64,000 nucleotides of DNA. Origin: an uncultured candidate division Zixibacteria bacterium (lineage in GTDB: Bacteria; Zixibacteria; MSB-5A5; UBA10806; 4484-95). Location of the stretch: the NCBI GenBank assembly GCA_963668625.2, contig CAXXKA010000008.1, positions 32,001 through 96,000 on the forward strand. The letters are read 5' to 3'. How positions within the stretch are numbered: the first letter of the stretch is position 1; every line of letters starts with the position of its first letter. A model generated the notes under the pieces. The model was not told the DNA's origin. It did no database searches and was given only the letters and a program-made list of their open reading frames with translations. The translations under genes and the position numbers were made by a program. Shown piece by piece: positions 39,009 through 49,490 of this stretch.

Positions 39009-40538
39009 TTACTTTCTAAATCTCGAGAGCATATCCACTCTCTCCTCCACCGTGAGTACCCGAAACCAGAACCCCACCACGGCTAACACCCCAAAAACGA
39101 CCACATCGACTATAAGCCCCGGCCATCCGGCTAATACGTTGAATTTCTGCAAAGCAAAACTAATCGGCACGACGAATATCGAAGCAGTAATCGCCATTAC
39201 TAGATTGGTCATATAGTATGCTTTTAAACTTATCCCGATAATCTTACTGAATAAGTATGGATATACGAACAGGTAGATTAAAAACTGGGGGACAGCCGTA
39301 CCGATAGCCACACCATAAATTCCCATTGTTTGTATCAATATCAAGCTCAAACCGATTTTAACCACCGATTCAACGATCAATATATATAGAAGCGTTTTAT
39401 GCTTACTGATACCCAGTAATACCGAGTTGGCGGCTACCTGTGGAAGGTAGATCGCGGCCGGGATGATAAGTATGTATAACACGTTAATCGTGCTCTGAAA
39501 TCCCTCGCCCATCCAGAGATTGATGAATTTGCCACCGAAAAACAATATACCGGCGGCGATACAGGAGGTCAGGTAATACAGATAGCGCGAAAGCTTGGTG
39601 TACAATCGGGCAATCTCTTTGTGATCACTGGAGGCGTCAAAATGGCTGATAGCCGGCACGAGCGGTATTCCGATAGCGTTAATCAGCGTGCGCAGGTAGT
39701 TTATCATCATACCGGCAATGCTGAAATAGGTGATATCGGTGGTGGTTAAATACATGCCGATAATAACGTTATCCGAGTTGAATATAACCATCCAGGCTAT
39801 TACGATAAAGAAACTCACTATACCGTAGTTGAACATCTCCTTGATAGTGGCTTTATCGACATGTTTGATTTTGTATTCTATCTGTGGTACCAGACGTTTC
39901 TGGTAAATCGCCCGGACGAGAAACTTGGTGGTGGCCGTACTAACGGTGATAATCGCCAGCGCGATAAGTTCATATCCCTGGCTGATGAAATAGAATATCA
40001 AGACGGCATTTAACACCGTAAAAATAATATCGATAATATTACCGATATCATATCGATGAAACGGTCCCAGGGCTGAGGCTGTAATAAAATAGAATCTGAA
40101 TGCCTCGTTCAAACCCACTAAAAGCAGCGTGAATTTCATTGCCCGCATATATTCTGGAGCAACATTGAATAAACCGGCGAAAAACATGACTATGATCAGC
40201 GTACCGAGCATAACCAGCGTACCGGTGAATGTGTATATCCCCTGACTGGAGCTTAAAACCTGGTTTAATTTCAGATAATTTTTAGTAGCATAATATTTGG
40301 GGATATAACGCGCCAGGCTCTGGCGCATACCGGCATCGAGAAAATGACTGTAAGCCATAATCGACAGGACCAGCGCCCAGATACCGTATTGCTCTTTGCC
40401 TAGATTGTGAACTAAAAAAGGGCTCATGAAAAAAGCTATCAAAATCGAGATAGCCATTGACGCCCAATTGGAGAATATATTTTTTGCCAGACGGCTTATC
40501 GGATTAGCCGCTTTCGCCTCGTTAGATTCCATACTCAA
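39009..40538 (-). CDS. wzx: Wzx-type oligosaccharide flippase
   Basis: LG..QYGIW, SD..IIG, GIYGVAIGT; 12-14 TMs. Confidence 0.85.
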   Translation of the reverse strand: MSMESNEAKAANPISRLAKNIFSNWASMAISILIAFFMSPFLVHNLGKEQYGIWALVLSIMAYSHFLDAGMRQSLARYIPKYYATKNYLKLNQVLSSSQGIYTFTGTLVMLGTLIIVMFFAGLFNVAPEYMRAMKFTLLLVGLNEAFRFYFITASALGPFHRYDIGNIIDIIFTVLNAVLIFYFISQGYELIALAIITVSTATTKFLVRAIYQKRLVPQIEYKIKHVDKATIKEMFNYGIVSFFIVIAWMVIFNSDNVIIGMYLTTTDITYFSIAGMMINYLRTLINAIGIPLVPAISHFDASSDHKEIARLYTKLSRYLYYLTSCIAAGILFFGGKFINLWMGEGFQSTINVLYILIIPAAIYLPQVAANSVLLGISKHKTLLYILIVESVVKIGLSLILIQTMGIYGVAIGTAVPQFLIYLFVYPYLFSKIIGISLKAYYMTNLVMAITASIFVVPISFALQKFNVLAGWPGLIVDVVVFGVLAVVGFWFRVLTVEERVDMLSRFRK

Positions 40539-40563
40539 ATCGTTTTTTGTACCCCATTCGTTA

Positions 40564-40711
40564 GGGCTTGTTGAAAAAGTCCTTGTTGGATGACGGTGGT
40601 GTCAGGAATCCTATCCTGATACCTGATTTCATGCGGCATGTCGCCGGGAAAGGATAAACAACGAACTTCGTCCGCCCAGCGACTCATGCAAATGGCTTTT
40701 TCAACAACCCC
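40564..40711. mobile_element. MITE/REP-like element, copy 1 (148 bp)
   Basis: Terminal IRs GGGCTTGTTGAAAAAG / CTTTTTCAACAACCCC (15/16); internal hairpins; core shared with 57749-57792. Confidence 0.7.
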
Positions 40712-40808
40712 ATTATCCTATGGTTTAACTCCCCGGTCACCCGATATGTTTAACTATTCGGTTGAATACCAGGAACTTTCATAACTATTTTTTATATTTA
40801 CGCGTTTA

Positions 40809-41864
40809 TTAATCGAAATTTCCAAAAATATGCCGGGCAAAAAACGCCTCTATTTCAAACGCCTCTCTGCCATAAATAATGAATCGTGGTAATTCGAATA
40901 ACGCTCCGCCCTCTATCGGGTACTTACATATTCCCGGTTTCGTAGTAAAACCAACCGTATAACCGCACTGAGGCGCGATTTCGACCACCGCCCGGCTATA
41001 AGAACCGGCAGGATAGCATATTGAAAGTACCTCGATGCCAAGCTGCTTCTCCAGCTCGAGTTTCGACTCGGTCAATTCGAGCCTGATCTCCTCCGGCTCG
41101 AGTTCGCCCAGTTTGCGATGGTATGCCGTGTGCGAGTCGAACTTTACTCCCTGTTTGGAGAGCTTTCTATGATCATCCCAACTCAGGCATTCGATCCCCA
41201 GGGTGTACCGTTTACCGGTGATCTCCTCCATCCGATCGAGTATTTTATCTATTTGGGTCTGCTCCAGATGATTAAGGCTGTTCACCAGAAGTTGACAGGT
41301 TGCGGTTTTCGCTTCAGTCGAGCTGATATCGGCATCCCGTATTATCGAACCGATCGATTCGGGCAAACCGGTGCTATCCAACTTGATCTTATCCCATAAC
41401 TCCTCGTTGATATTCTCGATCGCGTTGGATACCCTCAGATGCCAGAAACGGCGGTCGGTATCGACGAAATCAGTCGGGGTATACACTACCGAGGGGTAAT
41501 TGTATCGTTTCAGGGCAGGTAATGCTTGCGTTAAAAATTCCGAATCGGCGTCATCGAAAGTTAAAAGCGCGGTGTGAGTACGCGGTTTTCGTTTACCGAC
41601 TACTATATCTATGAATGTTTCGAGATTGACTACCTCGAAAAAGCGAGATATGGCTTCGATCTGATTGGCGAATTCGATTTTATCCTGTCCCCGGTCGTAA
41701 TTGAGGTAATAGTGACGATCTTTTTCGGCGTCGGTAATCCGGTGAAAAGTAAACACTACAAGTTTACGCTTGCCCGGGAATTTATCCATACCCCACGATA
41801 GTATCCGCCAACAACCCAATACGTGAAATATTCGTAAAACGATTCGCTTGATTGATCCGATCAT
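40809..41864 (-). CDS. Polysaccharide deacetylase (CE4/NodB)
   Basis: FHRI, LTFDDA, SHTAYH, YPAG. Confidence 0.88.
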   Translation of the reverse strand: MIGSIKRIVLRIFHVLGCWRILSWGMDKFPGKRKLVVFTFHRITDAEKDRHYYLNYDRGQDKIEFANQIEAISRFFEVVNLETFIDIVVGKRKPRTHTALLTFDDADSEFLTQALPALKRYNYPSVVYTPTDFVDTDRRFWHLRVSNAIENINEELWDKIKLDSTGLPESIGSIIRDADISSTEAKTATCQLLVNSLNHLEQTQIDKILDRMEEITGKRYTLGIECLSWDDHRKLSKQGVKFDSHTAYHRKLGELEPEEIRLELTESKLELEKQLGIEVLSICYPAGSYSRAVVEIAPQCGYTVGFTTKPGICKYPIEGGALFELPRFIIYGREAFEIEAFFARHIFGNFD

Positions 41865-41880
41865 TCAGCTATTACTCCTG

Positions 41881-42936
41881 TTACTCATCGCCATCGTTGT
41901 CACCATCCAGGTAATGCCAGTTTTCTTTATTCATCACCTGCGAGTAATAAGGGTTATTCTCAGAAATTTCCACTACAATACTTCTGTTATCGGGGCGGGT
42001 AATAAAATCGTAAGCTCTCACTTTCTCGACAATTCTTGAATTACCGAAAAAGTAAAACGTGATCTTATCAACCGCCCGGGCACGGAAATAATGGATGAAC
42101 TCAGAGACCAGGGGATCGAAATTCGTCTCGATATCATACATAAAACAGTCGACTACCTGGACATTATTTTCTACTACCTGGTATACTATGTACCCCTCTA
42201 TATTTCCAGTCTCTTTATCGATGAGAGTGAAAGCATTATAATTTTTATACGGGCAATCGCCGAACCGCCAGTTAAGAGCGACACTCGATCTTTCACCGAT
42301 CAGCTTATATTGTCCGGCGGCTCTACTCCAGAGAACATCGAACCGCCCATCATACTTTTTCACGATCTCGAACATATACTTTTTATTGTTGATAAATTTA
42401 TTTTCAGGGGATTTCAATTTATAAAACAGGTCAACTAAGTACGCCGCTATAGACGTCAGGAAACCGATTTTCAAATACCTTTTCAGAAGGTAATACGATT
42501 TCATGATTTTAATCAACCTGACTGTCCTGCCAACCAGCTTATAACCCGACTTTAAAGCCACTTTTTCCGAAATTATATTAGGCGTAGCATATAAAAAATC
42601 AAGCCCCAGTTCTTGATACTGTTCCACCAGAACTTTTTGGATATCGGTCGCGGCGCCCAGCTTGCGGTATTCTTTAAGCACGGCCAAATCACCCGCGATA
42701 CCCGCTGTTACCTCCTGTGAACCAATCCTCATCTTTTTGGGAAACGCGGCGCTGGCACCGATGGCCATACCAGTTTGGTCATCCTGCACCAGCCAGCAAA
42801 GAGCCTGCCCGAATGGATTATCCCGGTAGAAAACATCATATTTGCTCTCCGGCCAGCCCTCGAAATTATCCAGCCAGAATCGCTTGATGCGCTTCTCATC
42901 TTTAGCGATATCTGCTTTAACAATCGAATAACTCAT
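41881..42936 (-). CDS. Long GNAT-family acyltransferase, paralog A (start revised to ATG 42936)
   Basis: GIAGDLAVLKEYRKLG, ATPN, LNWRF, C-terminal WHYLDGDND. Confidence 0.8.
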   Translation of the reverse strand: MSYSIVKADIAKDEKRIKRFWLDNFEGWPESKYDVFYRDNPFGQALCWLVQDDQTGMAIGASAAFPKKMRIGSQEVTAGIAGDLAVLKEYRKLGAATDIQKVLVEQYQELGLDFLYATPNIISEKVALKSGYKLVGRTVRLIKIMKSYYLLKRYLKIGFLTSIAAYLVDLFYKLKSPENKFINNKKYMFEIVKKYDGRFDVLWSRAAGQYKLIGERSSVALNWRFGDCPYKNYNAFTLIDKETGNIEGYIVYQVVENNVQVVDCFMYDIETNFDPLVSEFIHYFRARAVDKITFYFFGNSRIVEKVRAYDFITRPDNRSIVVEISENNPYYSQVMNKENWHYLDGDNDGDE

Positions 42937-43071
42937 CGTAACTATTTCCTTTTCAACCAAACCGAGGAATCGACCCAAACGGTCAAATTGCTATCTAATC
43001 AAAATATCATGTGGAATGAAATCGAACGTCTATACCGTTGGTATTAACGTCCAGTATTTTAATTATAATTA

Positions 43072-44145
43072 TCAGGCATCCCCGTCATTATCACCATCGA
43101 GATAATGCCAGTTCTCCTTATCGAGCACGATATCATATTCCGGGTAGCCCTCAGAAATCTCTACGATTATACTTCTGTTATCGGGACGAACCATGAAATC
43201 ATAATCGGATGCTTTCTCGATCACATCTTGATTCCCAAAATAATAAAATGTCACGGTATCGATATCCTTTTTTCGGAAATACTTGATAAATTCCGAAAAC
43301 ATGGCGTCGATATTTTTCCCCAAATGAATCGAGAAAAAATCGGCTATCTGAACGTTTCTCTTAATTATTTGATACACGATATAGCCGAGGATTTCCCCCG
43401 ACTTGCCATCGGTTAACGCGAATATATGATAGCTCTTGTAGGGACAGTCGGAAAATCGCCAGTTTAACGCCCGGCTCGTGCGCTCACCGATTATCGCGTA
43501 CTGGCCTGCGGCTTTCTCCCACAGCCTGTCGAAACGTTCGTCGAATCTTTCGGGCAGTTCGTAGCCGTAGCGCCCCTTATTTTCGAAATCCTGATCTTTC
43601 GATTTGATTTTCAATACCAGGTCCACCGGCCATGAAACCAATTTCGCCAGGAAATCGATTTTCAACGCCCGCTTGAGATAGGGGAACGATCGCAGGATTT
43701 TCACCATCCTGACCGTGCGGCCAACGATTTTATAACCGGCTTTCAGACAAACCCTTTCGGAAACCACGTTGGGCGTACCATAGAGAAATTCCATGCCGGC
43801 CTCTTTATAGCCGGATACAAGTGTTTTTTGCAGAAGTTTCGCCTGGCCGTGCCCGCGATAAGCTTTCTCTATCCCCAGGTCGCCGGCGATTCCCACCATT
43901 TTGGGTTTTCCGTTTATCATTATCCGTTTCGGAAAAACGGCGGTGGCGCCCACTATCCTGTTATCACCGTCATGTTTCAACAACCAGCAAATCGACTCAC
44001 CGAACGGATTATCCGAATAAAACAAATCGAACTTGGCCTCGGGCCAGCCGCGGAAATTATCCTGCCAAAATTTGACTATCTTCGACCTGTCTTTAAGGAG
44101 GTTGGTCTTGAATATAGAGTAATCCTTAAGCGCCTCTTCAATCAT
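43072..44145 (-). CDS. Long GNAT-family acyltransferase, paralog B (start revised to ATG 44145)
   Basis: GIAGDLGIEKAYRGHG, GTPN, LNWRF, WHYLDGDND. Confidence 0.8.
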   Translation of the reverse strand: MIEEALKDYSIFKTNLLKDRSKIVKFWQDNFRGWPEAKFDLFYSDNPFGESICWLLKHDGDNRIVGATAVFPKRIMINGKPKMVGIAGDLGIEKAYRGHGQAKLLQKTLVSGYKEAGMEFLYGTPNVVSERVCLKAGYKIVGRTVRMVKILRSFPYLKRALKIDFLAKLVSWPVDLVLKIKSKDQDFENKGRYGYELPERFDERFDRLWEKAAGQYAIIGERTSRALNWRFSDCPYKSYHIFALTDGKSGEILGYIVYQIIKRNVQIADFFSIHLGKNIDAMFSEFIKYFRKKDIDTVTFYYFGNQDVIEKASDYDFMVRPDNRSIIVEISEGYPEYDIVLDKENWHYLDGDNDGDA

Positions 44146-44235
44146 TTCAATTCCTGTTCGATTAAAAGCCCGCCGTAACACGATCGATATCGGCGGCCAA
44201 AATTTTCATGACATCAGTATTCCCGTAGCTTGATA

Positions 44236-44922
44236 TCACAGTACGGTAAAACCATCACCCGGTGGTCTGGTAAACAAACTGATTTTTCTCGAACCGTTTT
44301 CGATATTTTCGGCAATCGAGAATCTCAGGAAAAACAACTTTATGAAAAACAAACTTATTATCGGTTTATACCCGGCCTTGATCTGGATATCATAGCTCAA
44401 TTGATTTTCGCTTTCGATAAAACAGAAACGGTATTTACGTCCGGTTTCTCTCTCCAGTTCGCATTTAAATACCATTAATGAATTATTCAAACCCTTATTT
44501 CGAAACTCCGGCAGTGTCTTGAACCAGAATCCATAGGAGCCGTCCGCGCCGAAATCATATTTCAACGCCAGACCCTTGATAAATATCTTGCCACTGCAGA
44601 AAAAAGCCACAGCGGAGGGGTTCCCCCCGTTTAAGGTAGCTAACAGGCATGTGACTCCGGATTCGTGCAAGCGGATAAATGTATCTTTGTCAATGTCACT
44701 TATACGTACTACATCCTCAGCGTCAGCCCCCGTGGCCACTCTCACCTGAACCTCAGGATTCAATTTTCCGGGGACAGCCACCGAATCGGTGTACATCATC
44801 CAGCCTTTATTAAAGCGGAAAAGCCATCCCGGGCAATATAGCGATATCCCTCGTAACGCCCCTGAGATTTGTCCAGTCAATATTTTGTTTAATATTTTCC
44901 CCCTCGACTGTAAAATCTTCAC
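44236..44922 (-). CDS. Short GNAT-family protein, paralog C
   Basis: TLPEFRNKGL, IESENQLS. Confidence 0.7.
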   Translation of the reverse strand: MKILQSRGKILNKILTGQISGALRGISLYCPGWLFRFNKGWMMYTDSVAVPGKLNPEVQVRVATGADAEDVVRISDIDKDTFIRLHESGVTCLLATLNGGNPSAVAFFCSGKIFIKGLALKYDFGADGSYGFWFKTLPEFRNKGLNNSLMVFKCELERETGRKYRFCFIESENQLSYDIQIKAGYKPIISLFFIKLFFLRFSIAENIENGSRKISLFTRPPGDGFTVL

Positions 44923-45608
44923 TAAATTAGCTTGCAGTCCTTTCGTACTTGCCCGTAAAACCCCTTGAATGACGATCTACCGGTTTGTAAATCTTTCATC
45001 CACATGAAATTCATACAGAAAATCTTGAAGTAATAGATATCCGCAATCGGCTCGTAGCCTGTTCTCATTCTTATATTGTAACTCAGCTCGTTATCGAACT
45101 CTATCATGCTATAGAGATAACTAGCGCCTCGCTCTTTCGCGTATGTTGCTTTCGCGACCATAAGCGCATAATGAAGTCCTAATCCGCGGGACTCCGGTGA
45201 AGTTGCCGACCAGAAACCATAAGCGTTTTTACCGAAATCGTATTCCAATCCCATTCCCCTGATAAAGCATTTACCGAAGGCATTCCAGGCAACCGAGGCC
45301 GGTGGATTATTATCTATCGAGGCTAGAAAACAGGTAAGCCCCGAATCAAGCAGTTTCTCCAATCGTTTTTCGCTCATCCCGCTGATACGAGAAATATCAT
45401 CGATATGAGATTTATTCGCTATGGTTACCCGTATATTCTCGCGTGGTTTCTTCTCGAAATCAAGCATCTGAGAACGCAACAGACGCGCTTTGTTGAAACG
45501 AATGACCCAATGAGGAAAACGTCGGGCAAAACCGTTCAAAATTATGGATAATTTCCCGGTTTTGAATTCGTGTTTTTTATCTTGTGCTATTTTCGTTACG
45601 CTCATCAT
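44922..45608 (-). CDS. Short GNAT-family protein, paralog D
   Basis: TSPESRGLGL, IEFDNELS; 1-nt overlap with paralog C. Confidence 0.7.
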   Translation of the reverse strand: MMSVTKIAQDKKHEFKTGKLSIILNGFARRFPHWVIRFNKARLLRSQMLDFEKKPRENIRVTIANKSHIDDISRISGMSEKRLEKLLDSGLTCFLASIDNNPPASVAWNAFGKCFIRGMGLEYDFGKNAYGFWSATSPESRGLGLHYALMVAKATYAKERGASYLYSMIEFDNELSYNIRMRTGYEPIADIYYFKIFCMNFMWMKDLQTGRSSFKGFYGQVRKDCKLI

Positions 45609-45893
45609 AAATTAAACTTTTTAGTACATTGATCGACATCTAATGGTTGATATATAACTACTAATATTCCTACAGAGGCAAGTATAGCCCGATGTTTTCT
45701 TTACCATTTCCAATGCCCGCAATAAACTTCATCCGGGTACTGCCAATCGCCTTTTCCCCGGATCCGAAATTATTAACTGATCTTTAAATGACTAACGGTA
45801 TTCAAGTCTCTATCGGTTTCATTAATATTCATGAAGAATCCCGTGAACCAAAGAGAAGCATTAGTCTCAATTGCCATAATAATAATATTCGGG

Positions 45894-46649
45894 CTATTCT
45901 GCCAGTGCTTTTTCAATAACCGAACGAGCGGCGTTTGACAGAATCAAATACCCTTTATCGTTAACATGAACCGGATCGACCGAGCAATCCCTCGGTAAAA
46001 AGCCATTATCATCTCCTATCGCCTCAGCGAAGTCTATGAGATATAGGGAGTTGGCTTTCGCGTATTGACGAACCCAGTCATTGAACTCACTTAACGTACC
46101 GGCCACGTCGAAATCCCCGATATGCGCCTCGGGTTTACCGGACGGGATAATCGTTGAGACAATCGGCGTAATTCCCTCGTTTTTCGCTAACTCGACCATC
46201 ATCGACATTCCATCCTTTAGCACCTGTAGAGGCATATGGGGACGGATATTTATCGAGCAGAATTTGATAATCACGGCTTTCGGCTTGAGATCCAACACAT
46301 CTCGTTTATATCGAGCCAGCATCGAGGGCACGAGCTGATTGCCGACTCCCCTGTTTATCATATCGAATTCGGGGAAATATTTCTCGAAATCCCAGCGATG
46401 GGTTATCGAGGCGCCGAAAAACACCACCCGGTTGGGATCGGCCGTACCATCGGCCACCTCTTTCATGATTCGGGCGTTATCCTCTACATACGGAACTTTT
46501 GCTTTTTCCTGATGGGTACCACCGGTGATTTTTCTTTTCAACTCACCCAGCGGCGAACCACCGTATTTGATATAGTGGAAAAATCCCCAAATCGCCAGCA
46601 GGTTAAGTAGTATCGAGCCTATCAGTATAATTTTTAGAATCAAATTCAT
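45894..46649 (-). CDS. Membrane-anchored SGNH/GDSL esterase or acyltransferase
   Basis: FFGASIT, NRGVG, SIN, DPVH. Confidence 0.82.
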   Translation of the reverse strand: MNLILKIILIGSILLNLLAIWGFFHYIKYGGSPLGELKRKITGGTHQEKAKVPYVEDNARIMKEVADGTADPNRVVFFGASITHRWDFEKYFPEFDMINRGVGNQLVPSMLARYKRDVLDLKPKAVIIKFCSINIRPHMPLQVLKDGMSMMVELAKNEGITPIVSTIIPSGKPEAHIGDFDVAGTLSEFNDWVRQYAKANSLYLIDFAEAIGDDNGFLPRDCSVDPVHVNDKGYLILSNAARSVIEKALAE

Positions 46650-46684
46650 TATGTTACCACCTTCCCATATTCGAATAGCTAGAT

Positions 46685-47269
46685 TTAGTTCATGCTTGCT
46701 TTTCGGGCCGGATTACCCATGAAAGTCGTATCATCGGGAGCATCTTTCAAAAGGACACTCCCGGCGGCTATCGTGCAATTGTTGCCTATATTAGATAGTA
46801 TCACCGCGCCCTCGCCAATCCAGCTTTTAGCTCCTACTTTTATTCTCGTGTATTGTTCATCGACCTCATCGTTATCTTTTCTTTCGCCGGGACGGCCATG
46901 CTGGTATTTCCCGGAAACCAGCGATACCCTGGCCCCAAAAATAGTATCCTCGCCGATATCGGCAAACCCGATTATCGAATAACAGCCGATAATCGTTCCC
47001 CGCCTTACTATCGTATCGCGATGAGCCAGCATACTGCCCCAGAGCATGTTAACATCGAAACCAACGTGAGTGCACACCGACTTGTAGTACGCCAGACGGA
47101 TATACGAACCGAATATTGTCGGGACAGTGGCCATGATCTCTTTACAGAACGTGTAAATTCTCTCGGAATATTTACCGAGTATGGCGGCCTCCAACCAGGT
47201 GATTAGAATAAACGGCAGAGTGGGAATAAGACAAACAACAAACAATAGACGTTTTATGATCTTTTTCAT
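46685..47269 (-). CDS. Hexapeptide-repeat (LbH) acyltransferase
   Basis: IG/VG hexapeptide repeats, WIGEGAVI, GNPAR. Confidence 0.88.
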   Translation of the reverse strand: MKKIIKRLLFVVCLIPTLPFILITWLEAAILGKYSERIYTFCKEIMATVPTIFGSYIRLAYYKSVCTHVGFDVNMLWGSMLAHRDTIVRRGTIIGCYSIIGFADIGEDTIFGARVSLVSGKYQHGRPGERKDNDEVDEQYTRIKVGAKSWIGEGAVILSNIGNNCTIAAGSVLLKDAPDDTTFMGNPARKASMN

Positions 47270-47292
47270 TTTCGGTGTTTATATGAGCCTTT

Positions 47293-48381
47293 CTACTCGC
47301 CCCCGTTATTGTATTGTTCTATCAAATCCTGAACCTCGGGTAAGGTTGCCTCGCCCTCGCGGAATTCGAGTATCTTTCTATCAATATCCCGACGGGTAAC
47401 CGAAACGCCCCCGACCCGTTGTATGAGCAAATCCTCGGTAGCTTGACGAAAATAATCGAGGAAAACATTCTGCAGGGCAACCATGCCCGATGAGCTCAAA
47501 TGCGATTGGGAGCCGGAACCAGCCCAGTAGCTATCCCTGAGACAGTAGCGATTGTAGGCGCCGGCGTTGGTTTCGGCCATCGGACGGTATATATCGTATG
47601 TCCAAACATTGCGGTATTGCGCACCCTCGTCATTACTATGTATAACGAAATCATCACCGGCAAACCATGTCGAAAGGTCATATACCATCTTAGCCATGGT
47701 GGTGTCACTATCGAAATCGTCATCACTGCCGGTTTGATATGCCAATGGCGTGCCCATAAAGAAAGTAACATTTATATCGGGGTGATTGACTACCGAATCT
47801 CGAACCGCCTTATACCATTTTTTAATACTGTCGGTTTTAGCCGGCGAGAAATCGCGCCATACGATATAGGGATTTTTGAAGATCACCATGTCGTAATGCT
47901 CGGTCGCCGTCTGGCCGCCGGCGTATGGTACCTGATGTTCCACGAAGGGGTACCAGAATACCGAATCCTCTTTTGAGGGACGCTGGAAAATATTGCGAAG
48001 CAACGGCGAATACCAGTCGGTATCGAATATGCGGTTACGATTACTTACACCGCCACCCTGGAAATTATAATCGAACCCGGAGTTAATCCTGTTTTCGACA
48101 TTGCACCAATCCGCTCCCGACCAGATATAAGCGGTATCACTCAAAGCGCTGTCTTGATGGTCGTAGTTGATATTATATGTTCTTAACACTATCCGGGCGG
48201 TATCGGCGCCCACGGCTACGGTCATGGTATCAAGGACATTCCTGATATTTCCATTGCCACCCTGACAATTGTTAATTGCAGATTGACCGACCGAGTAATG
48301 TACCAGCATATATGATACTCTGACCTGCTCAGCCTGAAGTATCCCGGCCAGCAGCAATATAAATAGTGCAATCTTCTTCAT
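47293..48381 (-). CDS. Secreted hypothetical protein, possibly a divergent SGNH fold
   Basis: Signal peptide; HYSVG, VIFK, GTPL, QSHL in SGNH-like order. Confidence 0.55.
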   Translation of the reverse strand: MKKIALFILLLAGILQAEQVRVSYMLVHYSVGQSAINNCQGGNGNIRNVLDTMTVAVGADTARIVLRTYNINYDHQDSALSDTAYIWSGADWCNVENRINSGFDYNFQGGGVSNRNRIFDTDWYSPLLRNIFQRPSKEDSVFWYPFVEHQVPYAGGQTATEHYDMVIFKNPYIVWRDFSPAKTDSIKKWYKAVRDSVVNHPDINVTFFMGTPLAYQTGSDDDFDSDTTMAKMVYDLSTWFAGDDFVIHSNDEGAQYRNVWTYDIYRPMAETNAGAYNRYCLRDSYWAGSGSQSHLSSSGMVALQNVFLDYFRQATEDLLIQRVGGVSVTRRDIDRKILEFREGEATLPEVQDLIEQYNNGGE

Positions 48382-48458
48382 AGTATTAATCCCGTTTTAG
48401 TTTTTCTTCCTGTTCAACTAATTTAGCCCACCCTTAAGATATCGACATACTTCCAAGC

Positions 48459-49298
48459 TCATTTTAAATAAACTATCTTACCGGTGGTAATCATATCTTC
48501 GGCAATAATCGAATAAAAATAAATTCCACCCGCTAAATTCTCCGAGGGATGCCATCTAAGTGACTTACTCTCAACGAATTTAGTATAATGAACAAGCCTG
48601 CCCCTGATATCGAAAATGCGCAATATACCACTGATGTAATAATTCAAATCATCAGTTGAAAATTTGAACACTACCGCATTATTGAACGGGTTGGGGTAGG
48701 CTATCCCAAAGTCCGTCCGTTTGGGCAATTTTGACTGATCCCCCTCGATTGACACATAAATGTTAGCCTCGATCGTATTTTCCGGGGCAACGGAAAAAAA
48801 CTCCGCCTCATCACTGACGAAACAAGCACTATGAAACGGCAGAACATAGCTACCGGGATATGTACAGATATAAAGAGCAGAAAGCTCGAGAGTTTGTGAT
48901 GGATTTAACGCTACATTGGCAGTGTCCGAATCATCGGGATAATCGATCAGCCATTCATACAGGTAATAGCCGGGGTATATAGTATAACTCCTATGACGGT
49001 TATAATAATAAGCGATACCATTGCCGTTAACGCCGATATCGAATCCGATAAGCCGAAATTCTTCCGGCAATAACTCATCCAGATATAGATTCCTCAAAGG
49101 TGATCCTGTACTATTGGTTATTGTCCTATCGATCCGAATGGTATCCGAGGTACTGAACGACGTATCGCTGATGGTATAGCCTATATCAATATTATAACCC
49201 TCGGGATACAGCCTCTCCTGGGCATTAAGTGTTACCACTGATAAAAAAAATATGATAATAGCTAATCCGGCAATGCTCGTTTTCTTCATAAAATCCAA
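48459..49298 (-). CDS. Secreted Ig-like (DUF11-like) protein with T9SS-like C-terminal domain
   Basis: Signal peptide; YPNPFN...IFDIRGRLV...GGIYFY...GKIVYLK. Confidence 0.75.
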   Translation of the reverse strand: MDFMKKTSIAGLAIIIFFLSVVTLNAQERLYPEGYNIDIGYTISDTSFSTSDTIRIDRTITNSTGSPLRNLYLDELLPEEFRLIGFDIGVNGNGIAYYYNRHRSYTIYPGYYLYEWLIDYPDDSDTANVALNPSQTLELSALYICTYPGSYVLPFHSACFVSDEAEFFSVAPENTIEANIYVSIEGDQSKLPKRTDFGIAYPNPFNNAVVFKFSTDDLNYYISGILRIFDIRGRLVHYTKFVESKSLRWHPSENLAGGIYFYSIIAEDMITTGKIVYLK

Positions 49299-49490
49299 TC
49301 GAACTTATTAATATAGCCTAACTATTATATCCCTCTTTGGGTTTCATGATCATAAATATAAAAAAGCTAATACTATTTCAATACATATTCCATAAATTAA
49401 CGGAATCTTTTTTCAATATTTAGATGTTTACATATGTTAAGTTTAATGTATATTAATTAAAGCTTCGAGAAGTATTAAACCGGGGAAATC

